DNA of 64,000 bases from assembly GCA_001917665.1 (NCBI GenBank), contig MNEL01000020.1, forward strand, positions 119-64,118. The letters are read 5' to 3'. The notes under the pieces were generated by a model. It saw only the letters and a list, made by a program, of their open reading frames with translations, was not told the DNA's origin and did not search any database. The stretch is from Gemmatimonadetes bacterium 13_1_40CM_69_22 (lineage in GTDB: Bacteria; Gemmatimonadota; Gemmatimonadetes; Gemmatimonadales; GWC2-71-9). This document shows positions 27,723 through 36,690 of the stretch, one piece after another. The stretch's first letter is position 1, and every line of letters starts with the position of its first letter. The translations under genes and the position numbers were made by a program.

Positions 27723-29165
27723 GTGCGCACACTGGCGATCCTGGGAATGGCGCTTACCTGCGGCGTCGGCCGCCTCGGCGCGCAGCGGGCGCATCAGTTC
27801 GAACTCGGCGCGCTCGGCTCCTTCACGCGCTACGACAGGGCGTTCGGCCTCGAGGATCGCGTCGGCGGCGGCGCGCGTCTCGGCTACTTCTTCACTGACG
27901 TCGTCGGCGCGGAGCTCGACGTCGGGTACCAGGACTTGAGCCCCAGGACGGGCAGCGCATCGCCCACCCTCGCGCTCGGCGGCGCGAGCCTGATCCTCAA
28001 TTTCGGGAGCCCGCGCCAGCTGTTCTACATCCTCGGCGGCTACTCGCGCCTCGACTTCGAGAAGACGGCGCCGTACCGCTTCACCGACGACGCCGTCCAC
28101 GGCGCGATCGGCGATCGGCTGTTCCTGGGCGACCGCGCCGCGCTGCGGCTCGAGGTGCGCGCCATCTACGCGCCCAACACCGGATTCGCGCGCGCCTTGT
28201 GGGCCGGTCACTTGGTCGGCTCGCTCGGCCTCTCCCTCTTCACCGGCGGGGGGCTGCTCCCGGACGAGGATCACGATGGCGTCCCCGACAAGCGCGATAC
28301 CTGCTCCAACACGCCGCTGGGCGCAACGGTCGACGTGCACGGCTGCCCGACCGACGCCGATCATGACGGCGTGTCCGACGGACTCGATCAGTGCCCCGGC
28401 ACGCCCGCCGGGGCTCGGGTGGACGCGAAGGGCTGTCCGATCGACTCGGACCACGACGGCGTGTACGACGGGCTCGATCAGTGCTCCAACACGCCCGCCG
28501 GCGCGCATGTAGACGCCAAGGGCTGCCCCACCGACGCCGACGGCGACGGCGTTCCCGACGGAATCGACCAGTGCCCCAACACCCCCGCGGGCGCGACCGT
28601 CGACCCGGCCGGCTGCCCCCTCGATACGGACAAGGACGGCGTGCCGGACGGCATCGACAAATGCCCGAACACACCGCTGGGCACGGAAGTGGACAGCACC
28701 GGGTGCCAGCGCTTCAAGGACTCCGACGGCGACGGAGTCGACGACACCAAGGACAAGTGTCCCGGCACTCCGCCCGGCTCGCGAGTGGATGCCTTCGGCT
28801 GCGTGATCCTGTTCACGCCGGAGCGGACACCGGTGATCCTGCGGGGGGTGACGTTCGAGACGGGCAGGGCGGTCCTCCAGCTCGAGTCCTTCACTGTGCT
28901 CAACATCGTCGCCCAGTCGCTGGTGGCGAATCCCGCCATTCGCATCGAGATCGCGGGATATACCGACGGCACGGGCTCCGCGGCGACGAACCTGCGGCTC
29001 TCGCAGGCCCGCGCGGAGGTGGTGCGCGCCTACCTGGTGAGCCGAGGGGTCTCGCCCACCCGCATGATCGCGCGGGGCTACGGCGCGACCAATCCGATCG
29101 CCGTGAACACCACTCCCGAAGGTCGAGCGCAGAACCGGCGGGTGGAGCTGCACCAGTTACCCTAG
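27723..29165 (+). CDS. OmpA family protein (OM beta-barrel, 6 TSP3-like repeats, OmpA C-domain)
   Basis: DxDxDGVxDxxDxCPNTPxGxxVDxxGC x6; IAGYTD..N.RLSQARA..GYG..NRRVE. Confidence 0.9.
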   Translation: MRTLAILGMALTCGVGRLGAQRAHQFELGALGSFTRYDRAFGLEDRVGGGARLGYFFTDVVGAELDVGYQDLSPRTGSASPTLALGGASLILNFGSPRQLFYILGGYSRLDFEKTAPYRFTDDAVHGAIGDRLFLGDRAALRLEVRAIYAPNTGFARALWAGHLVGSLGLSLFTGGGLLPDEDHDGVPDKRDTCSNTPLGATVDVHGCPTDADHDGVSDGLDQCPGTPAGARVDAKGCPIDSDHDGVYDGLDQCSNTPAGAHVDAKGCPTDADGDGVPDGIDQCPNTPAGATVDPAGCPLDTDKDGVPDGIDKCPNTPLGTEVDSTGCQRFKDSDGDGVDDTKDKCPGTPPGSRVDAFGCVILFTPERTPVILRGVTFETGRAVLQLESFTVLNIVAQSLVANPAIRIEIAGYTDGTGSAATNLRLSQARAEVVRAYLVSRGVSPTRMIARGYGATNPIAVNTTPEGRAQNRRVELHQLP

Positions 29166-29175
29166 AGGAGCCGAC

Positions 29176-30768
29176 ATGAGACGGTTCGCGGTGCTGGCGA
29201 CATTGCTCACGCTCCCGACGGGACGCCTCGCGGCGCAACACGCCGGGCAGTTCGAGGCCGGTGCGTTTGGCTCCTACACGCGCTACGACGCCGCCTTCGG
29301 TCTTCCCAACAAGCTGGGTGGCGGCGGACGCCTCGGCTACTTCTTCGGTGACGCGGTCGGCCTCGAGGCCGACGTGCTGTTCCAGCCCCAGTACACCGTG
29401 TCGAGCGGTGGGACGCCCACCACGCTCGAGCCGCTGATCGGCAGCGCCAGTCTGGTCTTCAACGCCGTGCACGGCAGCCGCCTGATGCTCTACCTGCTCG
29501 GCGGCTACTCGCTGCTCGACTTCGGGACGCGGGCCCCGTATCGCTTCACCGACAACGCCATGCACGGCGGCGCCGGCGTGCGGATCTTCCTCACCCAGCG
29601 GGTCGCGCTGCGGCTCGAAGGGCGCGGCGTCTACGTGCCCAGCACCAGGTCCGCCTTCGGGCCGACCACGGCTACGCATTTCGTCGCGACGGCCGGCCTT
29701 TCGGTCTTCCACCTGGGCGAGCCGCCGAAGGACTCGGACAAAGACGGGGTGACCGACAAGAAGGACGCCTGTCCCAACACGCCATTGGGCGCGACCGTCG
29801 ACCCGCGCGGCTGCCCGACGGACTCCGACCATGACGGCGTGTACGACGGGCTCGACAAATGCCCCAACACACCGGCCGGCGCGACCGTGGACGCCAGCGG
29901 CTGTCCCGCCGACGCCGACGCTGACGGCGTGCCCGACGGGATCGATCAATGCCCGAACACGCCGGCGGGCGTGCACGTGGACGCCAAGGGCTGCGCCGTC
30001 GACTCGGACGGCGACGGCGTTCCCGACGGCGTCGATCAGTGCCCCAACACCCCGGCGGGCGCGACCGTGGACGCCCTGGGGTGCCCGGCGGACGCGGACA
30101 AAGACGGCGTGCCGGACGGCGTCGATCAGTGCCCCAATACGCCGGTCGGCGCGCTGGTCGACGCGAAGGGTTGTCCGATGGACTCGGACCTGGACGGCGT
30201 GCCGGACGGCCTCGACAAGTGTCCCAACACTCCCGCCGGGACGCCGGTCGACACCACCGGCTGCCCGCTGCCGCGGCAGGTGATCCGGGACTCCGACGGG
30301 GACGGCGTGCCCGACGACCGCGACAAATGCCCGAATACGCCGGCCGGCTCGAAAGTGGATGCGAACGGCTGCATCATCCTGTTCCAGCCGGAAATCGTGC
30401 CGGGCGCCCCGGGCGCCGCGCCGGCGCGGCCCACGCTGATCCTGCGCGGGGTGAACTTCGAGTGGGGCCGGTCCGCCCTCACGCGTGATTCCTACGCGGT
30501 GCTCGACCAGGTGGCGGGGTCCCTGATCGCCAACCCTGACATTCAGATCGAGATCGCGGGCTACACCGACAACACGGGATCGGTGCCTCTCAACGTGCGG
30601 CTCTCGGAGGCCCGGGCGGCCTCGGTGCGCGCGTACCTGGCGCGCAAGGGCGTGTCGCCGGGGCGGATGGTGGCGAAGGGCTACGGGGCGAGTGGCTTCA
30701 TCGCGCCCAACACCACGGCGGCGGGCCGGGCGCAGAACCGGCGGGTGGAGCTGCATAAGCTGCCGTAA
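29176..30768 (+). CDS. OmpA family paralog (beta-barrel, 7 TSP3-like repeats, OmpA C-domain)
   Basis: Same architecture as the upstream gene with 7 repeats; GAGGAG RBS. Confidence 0.9.
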   Translation: MRRFAVLATLLTLPTGRLAAQHAGQFEAGAFGSYTRYDAAFGLPNKLGGGGRLGYFFGDAVGLEADVLFQPQYTVSSGGTPTTLEPLIGSASLVFNAVHGSRLMLYLLGGYSLLDFGTRAPYRFTDNAMHGGAGVRIFLTQRVALRLEGRGVYVPSTRSAFGPTTATHFVATAGLSVFHLGEPPKDSDKDGVTDKKDACPNTPLGATVDPRGCPTDSDHDGVYDGLDKCPNTPAGATVDASGCPADADADGVPDGIDQCPNTPAGVHVDAKGCAVDSDGDGVPDGVDQCPNTPAGATVDALGCPADADKDGVPDGVDQCPNTPVGALVDAKGCPMDSDLDGVPDGLDKCPNTPAGTPVDTTGCPLPRQVIRDSDGDGVPDDRDKCPNTPAGSKVDANGCIILFQPEIVPGAPGAAPARPTLILRGVNFEWGRSALTRDSYAVLDQVAGSLIANPDIQIEIAGYTDNTGSVPLNVRLSEARAASVRAYLARKGVSPGRMVAKGYGASGFIAPNTTAAGRAQNRRVELHKLP

Positions 30769-30772
30769 CGGC

Positions 30773-30819
30773 GGCGGTCGGGCTGACAGGCGGTCGGGCG
30801 GTCGGCATCGCTGACCGCC
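30773..30819. repeat. GGCGGTCG octamer x4 plus one inverted copy
   Basis: ggcggtcg ggctgaca ggcggtcg ggcggtcg gcatcgc tgaccgcc. Confidence 0.7.
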
Positions 30820-30879
30820 CGTCGCGTCGCTGGCTCCCAGCACGTAGTTTTCTCCGTCCCGCAACCGCTTGAGCATCAC

Positions 30880-32982
30880 ATGAACGCCCGCTGGCTGCCT
30901 CCAGTCGCGATCGGCCTTCTGACCGCCGGTCCGCCGGCCTGTCTGTCCGCCCAGTCTTCCCGCCATCCCTTTCAAGCGACGGACGCCTACCGCCTCACCG
31001 CTCTCGGCGACGCGCGCGTCTCGCCCGACGGGCGGCGCATCGCCTTCGTCGTGACGACGGTTGTCGAGGACAAGGACCGCCGACATTCCGAGATTTGGAC
31101 CGTGCCGACGGACGGTTCGGCGCCCGCGTTCCGCTACACGAGCCCAGCCACGGAGGCGTCGAATCCGGTGTGGTCCCCAGACGGCTCGCTGCTCGCCTTC
31201 ACGAGCAAGCGCGAGGGCTTCGACGACGACGTGTGGTTCCTGCGGACCACGGCGCCGGGCGGTGAAGCCTTCCAGGCGCGCGGCGTACACGCCACCCCGC
31301 TCTTTTCGGGCGACGGCAAGTGGCTGCTCTACAGCTGGCGCGGCTCGGAGCCCGACAGCTTGAAGAAGGACTCGTGGCGGACTCGAGTCTCTCCGAGCGC
31401 GATCACGCGCGGGCCGGACCCGAAGCGGTTCGACGGCCGGGTGTACACGTCCCTGCCGTTTCTGGAGGACGAGCGCGGGCTCGTGCCGCCGCGCGAGACC
31501 CGCCGGCCGAGCCATCTGTACCTCGTGCCCTCGGGCGGCGGCGAGCCGAAGCAGCTCACCAACGGGGACCTGAGCCAGCGGGCCCCAGACTGGTCACCCG
31601 ACGGTCGGGCGATCGTGTTCGTGCAGGACTCGACCGACACGAGCGAGGTGCGCGACCAGGTCAGGCCGCAGCTCTACGTGCTCACGGTGGCGGACGGCGC
31701 GGTGCGCCGGCTCGCCACGTCCTACGTGGAGAACTTCGAGCCTGCCTGGTCGCCCGACGGCAACGCCATCGCCTTCATCTGCTCCAAGGGTCGCGGCGAG
31801 GAGAACGATGTGTGCGTGATTCCGGCGGCGGGCGGGACCGTGCGCAGTCTCACGAGCGCGTGGGACTTGGATCCGTCAGGCCCGGCCTGGTCCCCGGACT
31901 CGAAGACCGTGTACTTCAGCGCCGAGACGCGCGGCAACATCCACGTGTTCGCGGCGCCGGCCACGGGAGGCGATGTCCGCCAGATCACAACGGGCGAACG
32001 GCAGCTCAGCGGTCCGGCGATCACGCGCGACGGCAAGTGGCTCGCCTACCCGGCGAGCGACGCCACGCACCCGACGGAACTGTTCGTCGCCCCGGTCGGG
32101 CGCGCCGGGGCCGGGCCTGACAAACGGCTCACGTCTTTCAACGACTCGCTGCTCGCGCAGCTCGTGACGATCCCGGCCGACACGTTGTGGTTCACGAGCG
32201 TGGGGGGCTTGAGCATCGAGGCATTTCTCATGCGCCCCTACGGCTACCGCCCCGGGAAGAGCTACCCCTTGATCCTGTACATTCACGGCGGCCCGCACTG
32301 GAACTACGGCAACGTCTTCTTCCCCGAGATGCAACTGCTCGCAGGACAGGGGTACTGGGTGCTGCTCGTCAATCCGCGCGGTTCGACCGGGTACGGGCAC
32401 GACTTCACGTTCGCGACGCGCGGGCGCTGGGGGATGGAGGACTACCAAGACCTGATGAAGGCGGTGGATGTGGCGATCGCCCGCGGCGGCGTGGATACGA
32501 CGCGCCTGGGAGTCGCGGGGGGCTCCTACGGCGGCTTCATGACCAACTGGGTGGTGGGGCACACGCACCGCTTTGCCGCGGCGGAGACCGATCGCTCCAT
32601 CTACGACTGGCACTCCTGGTACGGCTCCTCGGACGCGCAAGGCCTCACGGACTACGAGTTCTCAGGGCCGCCGTGGGACGCGGACTCGCTGTACCGCGTG
32701 CTCTCGCCGATGACCTACGCCCAGCGCATTCGCACGCCGCTGCTCATCGTCCACTCGGAGGACGATCGCCGCACCCCGATCACGGACGGCGAGCAGCTGT
32801 TCGTGATGCTGCGCAAGCGCGGCGTGCCCGCAGAGTTCGTGCGTTACCCGCGCTCCTACCACGGCCTGTCCCGCACGGGCCCGCCGTGGCTGCTCGTGGA
32901 CCGGCTGGAGCGGATCCGCACCTGGTTTGCGCACTGGTTCGGCAGCGGCGAGACGCCGCCGGCCGCCGGCACGCTGCGCTAG
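30880..32982 (+). CDS. S9 family peptidase (acylaminoacyl/dipeptidyl peptidase, TolB-like propeller)
   Basis: WSPDG repeats, IHGGP, NPRGSTGYG, GGSYGG, D.R, H. Confidence 0.92.
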   Translation: MNARWLPPVAIGLLTAGPPACLSAQSSRHPFQATDAYRLTALGDARVSPDGRRIAFVVTTVVEDKDRRHSEIWTVPTDGSAPAFRYTSPATEASNPVWSPDGSLLAFTSKREGFDDDVWFLRTTAPGGEAFQARGVHATPLFSGDGKWLLYSWRGSEPDSLKKDSWRTRVSPSAITRGPDPKRFDGRVYTSLPFLEDERGLVPPRETRRPSHLYLVPSGGGEPKQLTNGDLSQRAPDWSPDGRAIVFVQDSTDTSEVRDQVRPQLYVLTVADGAVRRLATSYVENFEPAWSPDGNAIAFICSKGRGEENDVCVIPAAGGTVRSLTSAWDLDPSGPAWSPDSKTVYFSAETRGNIHVFAAPATGGDVRQITTGERQLSGPAITRDGKWLAYPASDATHPTELFVAPVGRAGAGPDKRLTSFNDSLLAQLVTIPADTLWFTSVGGLSIEAFLMRPYGYRPGKSYPLILYIHGGPHWNYGNVFFPEMQLLAGQGYWVLLVNPRGSTGYGHDFTFATRGRWGMEDYQDLMKAVDVAIARGGVDTTRLGVAGGSYGGFMTNWVVGHTHRFAAAETDRSIYDWHSWYGSSDAQGLTDYEFSGPPWDADSLYRVLSPMTYAQRIRTPLLIVHSEDDRRTPITDGEQLFVMLRKRGVPAEFVRYPRSYHGLSRTGPPWLLVDRLERIRTWFAHWFGSGETPPAAGTLR

Positions 32983-32985
32983 ACC

Positions 32986-35364
32986 GTGACGCCTCGCGCC
33001 CTCGTCGCGCTGCTCGCGGCGGGGCTGCTCGCTGCCCCGCTGTCGCTTGCCGCGCAGCAGCGCCGCCACACCGGGCAGACTCCGGCCCCGCGGCGGCCGC
33101 GGGCTCCGGACATCGTGACGCGCGTGCCGACTCCCAAGTCGGTCCTGGGATTCGAGCCCGGCGAGGATCGCCGCCTCGCCGACTGGCCGGCGCTGCTGCG
33201 CTACTACCAGGCCCTGGCGAAGACGAGCGACCGCGTGCGGTATCGCGAGCTCGGGAAGACCACGCTGGGCGCGCCGCTCGTCGCGCTCCTCATCTCGAGC
33301 CCGCAGAACCTCAAAAGCCTCGATCGCTATCGGCAGCTGAACGCGCGGCTCGCCGATCCGCGGACCATCCGCAGCAACCGCGAGGCGCAGGAGGCGCTGC
33401 GCGACGGCCGCACCATCGTGCTCATCACGTCCGGCATTCACTCGAACGAGGTGGGCGGGCACCTGACGCCCGCGATCCTCGCCTACCGCCTCGCGAGCGA
33501 CACCACCGCCGCCACCCGGACGATCCTCGACAACGTGATCCTGTTGCTCGTCCCCTCGCTCAACCCTGACGGCGTCTCGATCGTCACGCGCTGGTACAAC
33601 CGCACGCTCGGCACGCCCGCCGAGGGCACCGACCCACCCGAGCTGTACCACCACTACACGGGGCACGACAACAACCGCGACTGGTACGCCTTCACCCAGG
33701 TCGAGACGCAGCTCGTGGTCGACTCGCTGCACAACGTGTGGCATCCCGAGATCGTGCACGACATTCATCAGCAGGACAGCGACGGCTCGCGCCTTTTCCT
33801 GCCGCCGTACCTCGACCCGGTGGAGCCGAACGTAGACCCGCTGCTGGTGGACGGCGTGAACGCCCTCGGGGCCGGCGTCGCGTGGCAGCTCGCCGGGGAG
33901 GGGAAGACGGGGATCGCGATCAACGCCATCTACGACGCGTGGACGCCGGCCCGCGCCTACCAGCACTACCACGGCGGCGTCCGCATCCTCTCCGAGGCGG
34001 CGAGCGCCAACCTCGCGTCGCCGATCGATGTCCCGTTCGACCACCTCGCGACCCGGGCGCGCGGCTTCACGCCGCGCGAGCGCTCCTGGAACTTCACGAA
34101 TCCGTGGCCCGGCGGCCGCTGGACTCTCAGGGACATCGTCGCCTACCAGACCGACGCCGCGTACGCGCTGCTCGAGAACGCGGCGCGCTACCGTGACGTC
34201 TGGCTCGCGAACTTCCTCACCATCGAGGGGCGCGCGGTCCGCGGCTGGCGAGGATGGCCGTACGCGTACGTGATCCCCCGCCAGCCGCGGGACACGGTCG
34301 GGCTCGCCACGCTGCTCGGCATCCTGCGCCGCGGGCAAGTGGAGATCCGCACCGCCTTGCACCCCATTACGCTCGCCGGACAGCGGTACGCCGCGGGGAG
34401 CTACGTCGTCGTGCTGCGGCAGCCGTACGCGGCCTTCGCCAAGACGCTGCTCGAGCCGCAGCATTATCCCGATCTGCGGCTCTACCCCGGCGGGCCGCCC
34501 CTGCCGCCCTACGATGTGACGGCCCACACGCTGCCGCTCCTCATGGGCGTCGCGGCCGTGCCGGCGCGCGACTCCCTGCGGATCGGTCTGTCGGCGCCGA
34601 TCGAGCCGCCGGCGGCGACCCCCGGCGCCGCCGGCATCGCCGGGGCGGAGAGGCCCCGTGTCGGGCTGTACCGCTCCTACAACGCCGCGATCGACGAAGG
34701 GTGGACGCGGTGGGTGTTCGATACGTGGCGCGTGCCGTACGTCTCGGTGGTGGATTCCGTCGTGCGCGCCGGCAAGCTCGCGGAGCAGTTCGACGTGGTC
34801 GTGCTCCCCGATCAAGCGCCGGACGAGCTGCTCACCGGCCTGCCGCGCGAGTATCCCGCGCCGTACGCAGGCGGCCTGGGGGACGATGGCGTTAAGGCGC
34901 TGCGCCGGTTCGTGCAAGATGGCGGCACGCTCGTCGCGCTCAACGACGCCAGCCGGTTCGCAGCGACGCAACTGCTGCTCCCAGTGCGCAACGTGCTCGA
35001 AGGCGTAGCCGACGACGAGTTCTATGCCCCGGGATCGATCTTCCGGCTCGAGCTCGACACCGGCCATCCGGTCGCGCGCGGCATGCCAGCGCAGAGCATC
35101 GCCTGGTACGAGAGCGGCCCCGCCTTCGAAGTGCTCGACTCGAGCGCCGCGCGGGTGATCGGCCGCTACCCCGCCGACGCCGACAAGCTGCTGCTCTCGG
35201 GGTGGGTGCTCCATCCGGAGCGGGTGGCGGGCCGTGCCGCCCTGGTCGAAGTGAAACAGGGGGCCGGGCGGGTCGTATTGTTCGGCTTCCGCCCCCAGTA
35301 CCGTGGTCAAAGCATCGCGACGTACCCCTTGCTATTCAACAGCTTACAGCGGTCGGCACGATAG
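32986..35364 (+). CDS. M14 zinc carboxypeptidase-like protein with C-terminal GATase-like domain
   Basis: IHSNE, NPDG, DNNRD, DIHQ; C-terminal DEGWTRW...FGFRPQYR. Confidence 0.88.
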   Translation: MTPRALVALLAAGLLAAPLSLAAQQRRHTGQTPAPRRPRAPDIVTRVPTPKSVLGFEPGEDRRLADWPALLRYYQALAKTSDRVRYRELGKTTLGAPLVALLISSPQNLKSLDRYRQLNARLADPRTIRSNREAQEALRDGRTIVLITSGIHSNEVGGHLTPAILAYRLASDTTAATRTILDNVILLLVPSLNPDGVSIVTRWYNRTLGTPAEGTDPPELYHHYTGHDNNRDWYAFTQVETQLVVDSLHNVWHPEIVHDIHQQDSDGSRLFLPPYLDPVEPNVDPLLVDGVNALGAGVAWQLAGEGKTGIAINAIYDAWTPARAYQHYHGGVRILSEAASANLASPIDVPFDHLATRARGFTPRERSWNFTNPWPGGRWTLRDIVAYQTDAAYALLENAARYRDVWLANFLTIEGRAVRGWRGWPYAYVIPRQPRDTVGLATLLGILRRGQVEIRTALHPITLAGQRYAAGSYVVVLRQPYAAFAKTLLEPQHYPDLRLYPGGPPLPPYDVTAHTLPLLMGVAAVPARDSLRIGLSAPIEPPAATPGAAGIAGAERPRVGLYRSYNAAIDEGWTRWVFDTWRVPYVSVVDSVVRAGKLAEQFDVVVLPDQAPDELLTGLPREYPAPYAGGLGDDGVKALRRFVQDGGTLVALNDASRFAATQLLLPVRNVLEGVADDEFYAPGSIFRLELDTGHPVARGMPAQSIAWYESGPAFEVLDSSAARVIGRYPADADKLLLSGWVLHPERVAGRAALVEVKQGAGRVVLFGFRPQYRGQSIATYPLLFNSLQRSAR

Positions 35365-35418
35365 CGTGATCCCCGTCTCTTGTCCCATCGGAGTGGGATT
35401 CCTATCGTGTAGCCCCCT

Positions 35419-36681
35419 ATGGCTGTGGTCCGGCAGGCAGGTGCCCTCTTGCTGGCCGCGCTCTTCATGAGTCGCGGCCTTTTTGCGCAGGATAGCGTTC
35501 CACCTGCGCCCGCCGCGCCCGGACCGACCGACGTGCCGGTCGTGCTGCCGACGGCTCCCGCCGATCAGGCGCACGTCACGCTCCGACCGACCGAGCTCCG
35601 CTACGTCCAGCAGGAGACGCTGCTCGTGCCCCAGACGTCGTCGATCAAGGGGCTGTACGTGAACGCGTGGGCATTCGGGTCGCACAAGCTGTGGCAGCTC
35701 GTGCGGCTCGCCGACGAGACGGAGATCAACGCCTTCGTCGTCGACGTGAAGGACGACACCGGGTGCCTCCTGTATCCGTCGGCAGTGCCGACGGCGGAGC
35801 AGATCGGGGCGAACAAGTGCGTCCGCGCCAAGGACGCGAAGGCCCGACTCGACACGCTCGCGGCGCACGGGATCTACACCATCGCGCGCTTCGTGGTCGC
35901 CAAGGACCCGCTGCTGGCGGAGCGGAAGCCAGGCTGGTCGGTGAAGGATCGCACCACGGGCGGGCTGTGGCGCGACCGGATCAACATCGCCTGGGTGGAC
36001 GCCTACAACGACTCGGTGTGGATCTACGCGGCGCAGCTGGCCGCGGAGGCCGTGCGGTTGGGGTTCAACGAGGTGCAGTTCGATTATGTCCGCTTCCCCG
36101 ACGAGCCGCGCGAGCGCATGGCGACGGCGATCTTCCCGGCCCACCACGCCGGGGAAACGCAGCGCGCGGCGGTGCGCGAGCACATCACGCTGCTCCGGAA
36201 CCGCCTCAAGCCGCTGGGCGTGCCCGTCACGTTCGACATTTTCGGCCTCACCGCCTCTGCTACGACGGGCGATCTCGGCATCGGGCAAGTGTGGGAGGAT
36301 TTCATCAACGTCGCGGACGTGGTGCTGCCGATGGTCTATCCCAGCCACTACTACCGCGGGGCGTTCGGGCTGGCATGGCCGAACGGCCAGCCGTATCGCG
36401 TGGTGCGCGCCGCGTTGACCGACGCGCTGCAGCGCTCGCGGCCGCACCCCGCCGCCGCCGAGATCCGCCCCTTCCTGCAGGCGTTCACGCTGGGCCGGCG
36501 GCTTCCCCGCTACACGCCGTCCGAGATCCGCGAGCAGATCCGCGCGGTCGAAGACCTCGGCATCACGTCGTGGGTGCTGTGGAACCCACGCAGCGTGTAC
36601 CAGCGGGAATCGCTGCGGCCGAAGAAGCGCGCTCCCCCTGCCCCAGGGCGAGAACTCTCCGGCACGACCGGCGGCCGTTAG
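35419..36681 (+). CDS. Putative glycoside hydrolase (DUF4015/GTP-binding-annotated TIM barrel)
   Basis: KGLYV, NAFVVDVKDDTG, IARFVVAKDP, GFNEVQFDYVRFPD, PMVYPSHY. Confidence 0.8.
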   Translation: MAVVRQAGALLLAALFMSRGLFAQDSVPPAPAAPGPTDVPVVLPTAPADQAHVTLRPTELRYVQQETLLVPQTSSIKGLYVNAWAFGSHKLWQLVRLADETEINAFVVDVKDDTGCLLYPSAVPTAEQIGANKCVRAKDAKARLDTLAAHGIYTIARFVVAKDPLLAERKPGWSVKDRTTGGLWRDRINIAWVDAYNDSVWIYAAQLAAEAVRLGFNEVQFDYVRFPDEPRERMATAIFPAHHAGETQRAAVREHITLLRNRLKPLGVPVTFDIFGLTASATTGDLGIGQVWEDFINVADVVLPMVYPSHYYRGAFGLAWPNGQPYRVVRAALTDALQRSRPHPAAAEIRPFLQAFTLGRRLPRYTPSEIREQIRAVEDLGITSWVLWNPRSVYQRESLRPKKRAPPAPGRELSGTTGGR

Positions 36682-36690
36682 CCCCGGCCG

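Noticed and set aside
28260-30370. Regularly spaced ~90-bp repeats as a possible CRISPR array
   Set aside because: They are coding TSP3-like repeats with synonymous variation; no unique spacers and no cas genes
28900-35310. Very long antisense ORFs (28900-31515, 32662-35310; likewise 18639-21137, 44159-46678, 54378-56576)
   Set aside because: They are shadow frames of well-supported genes in high-GC DNA, with no recognisable motifs
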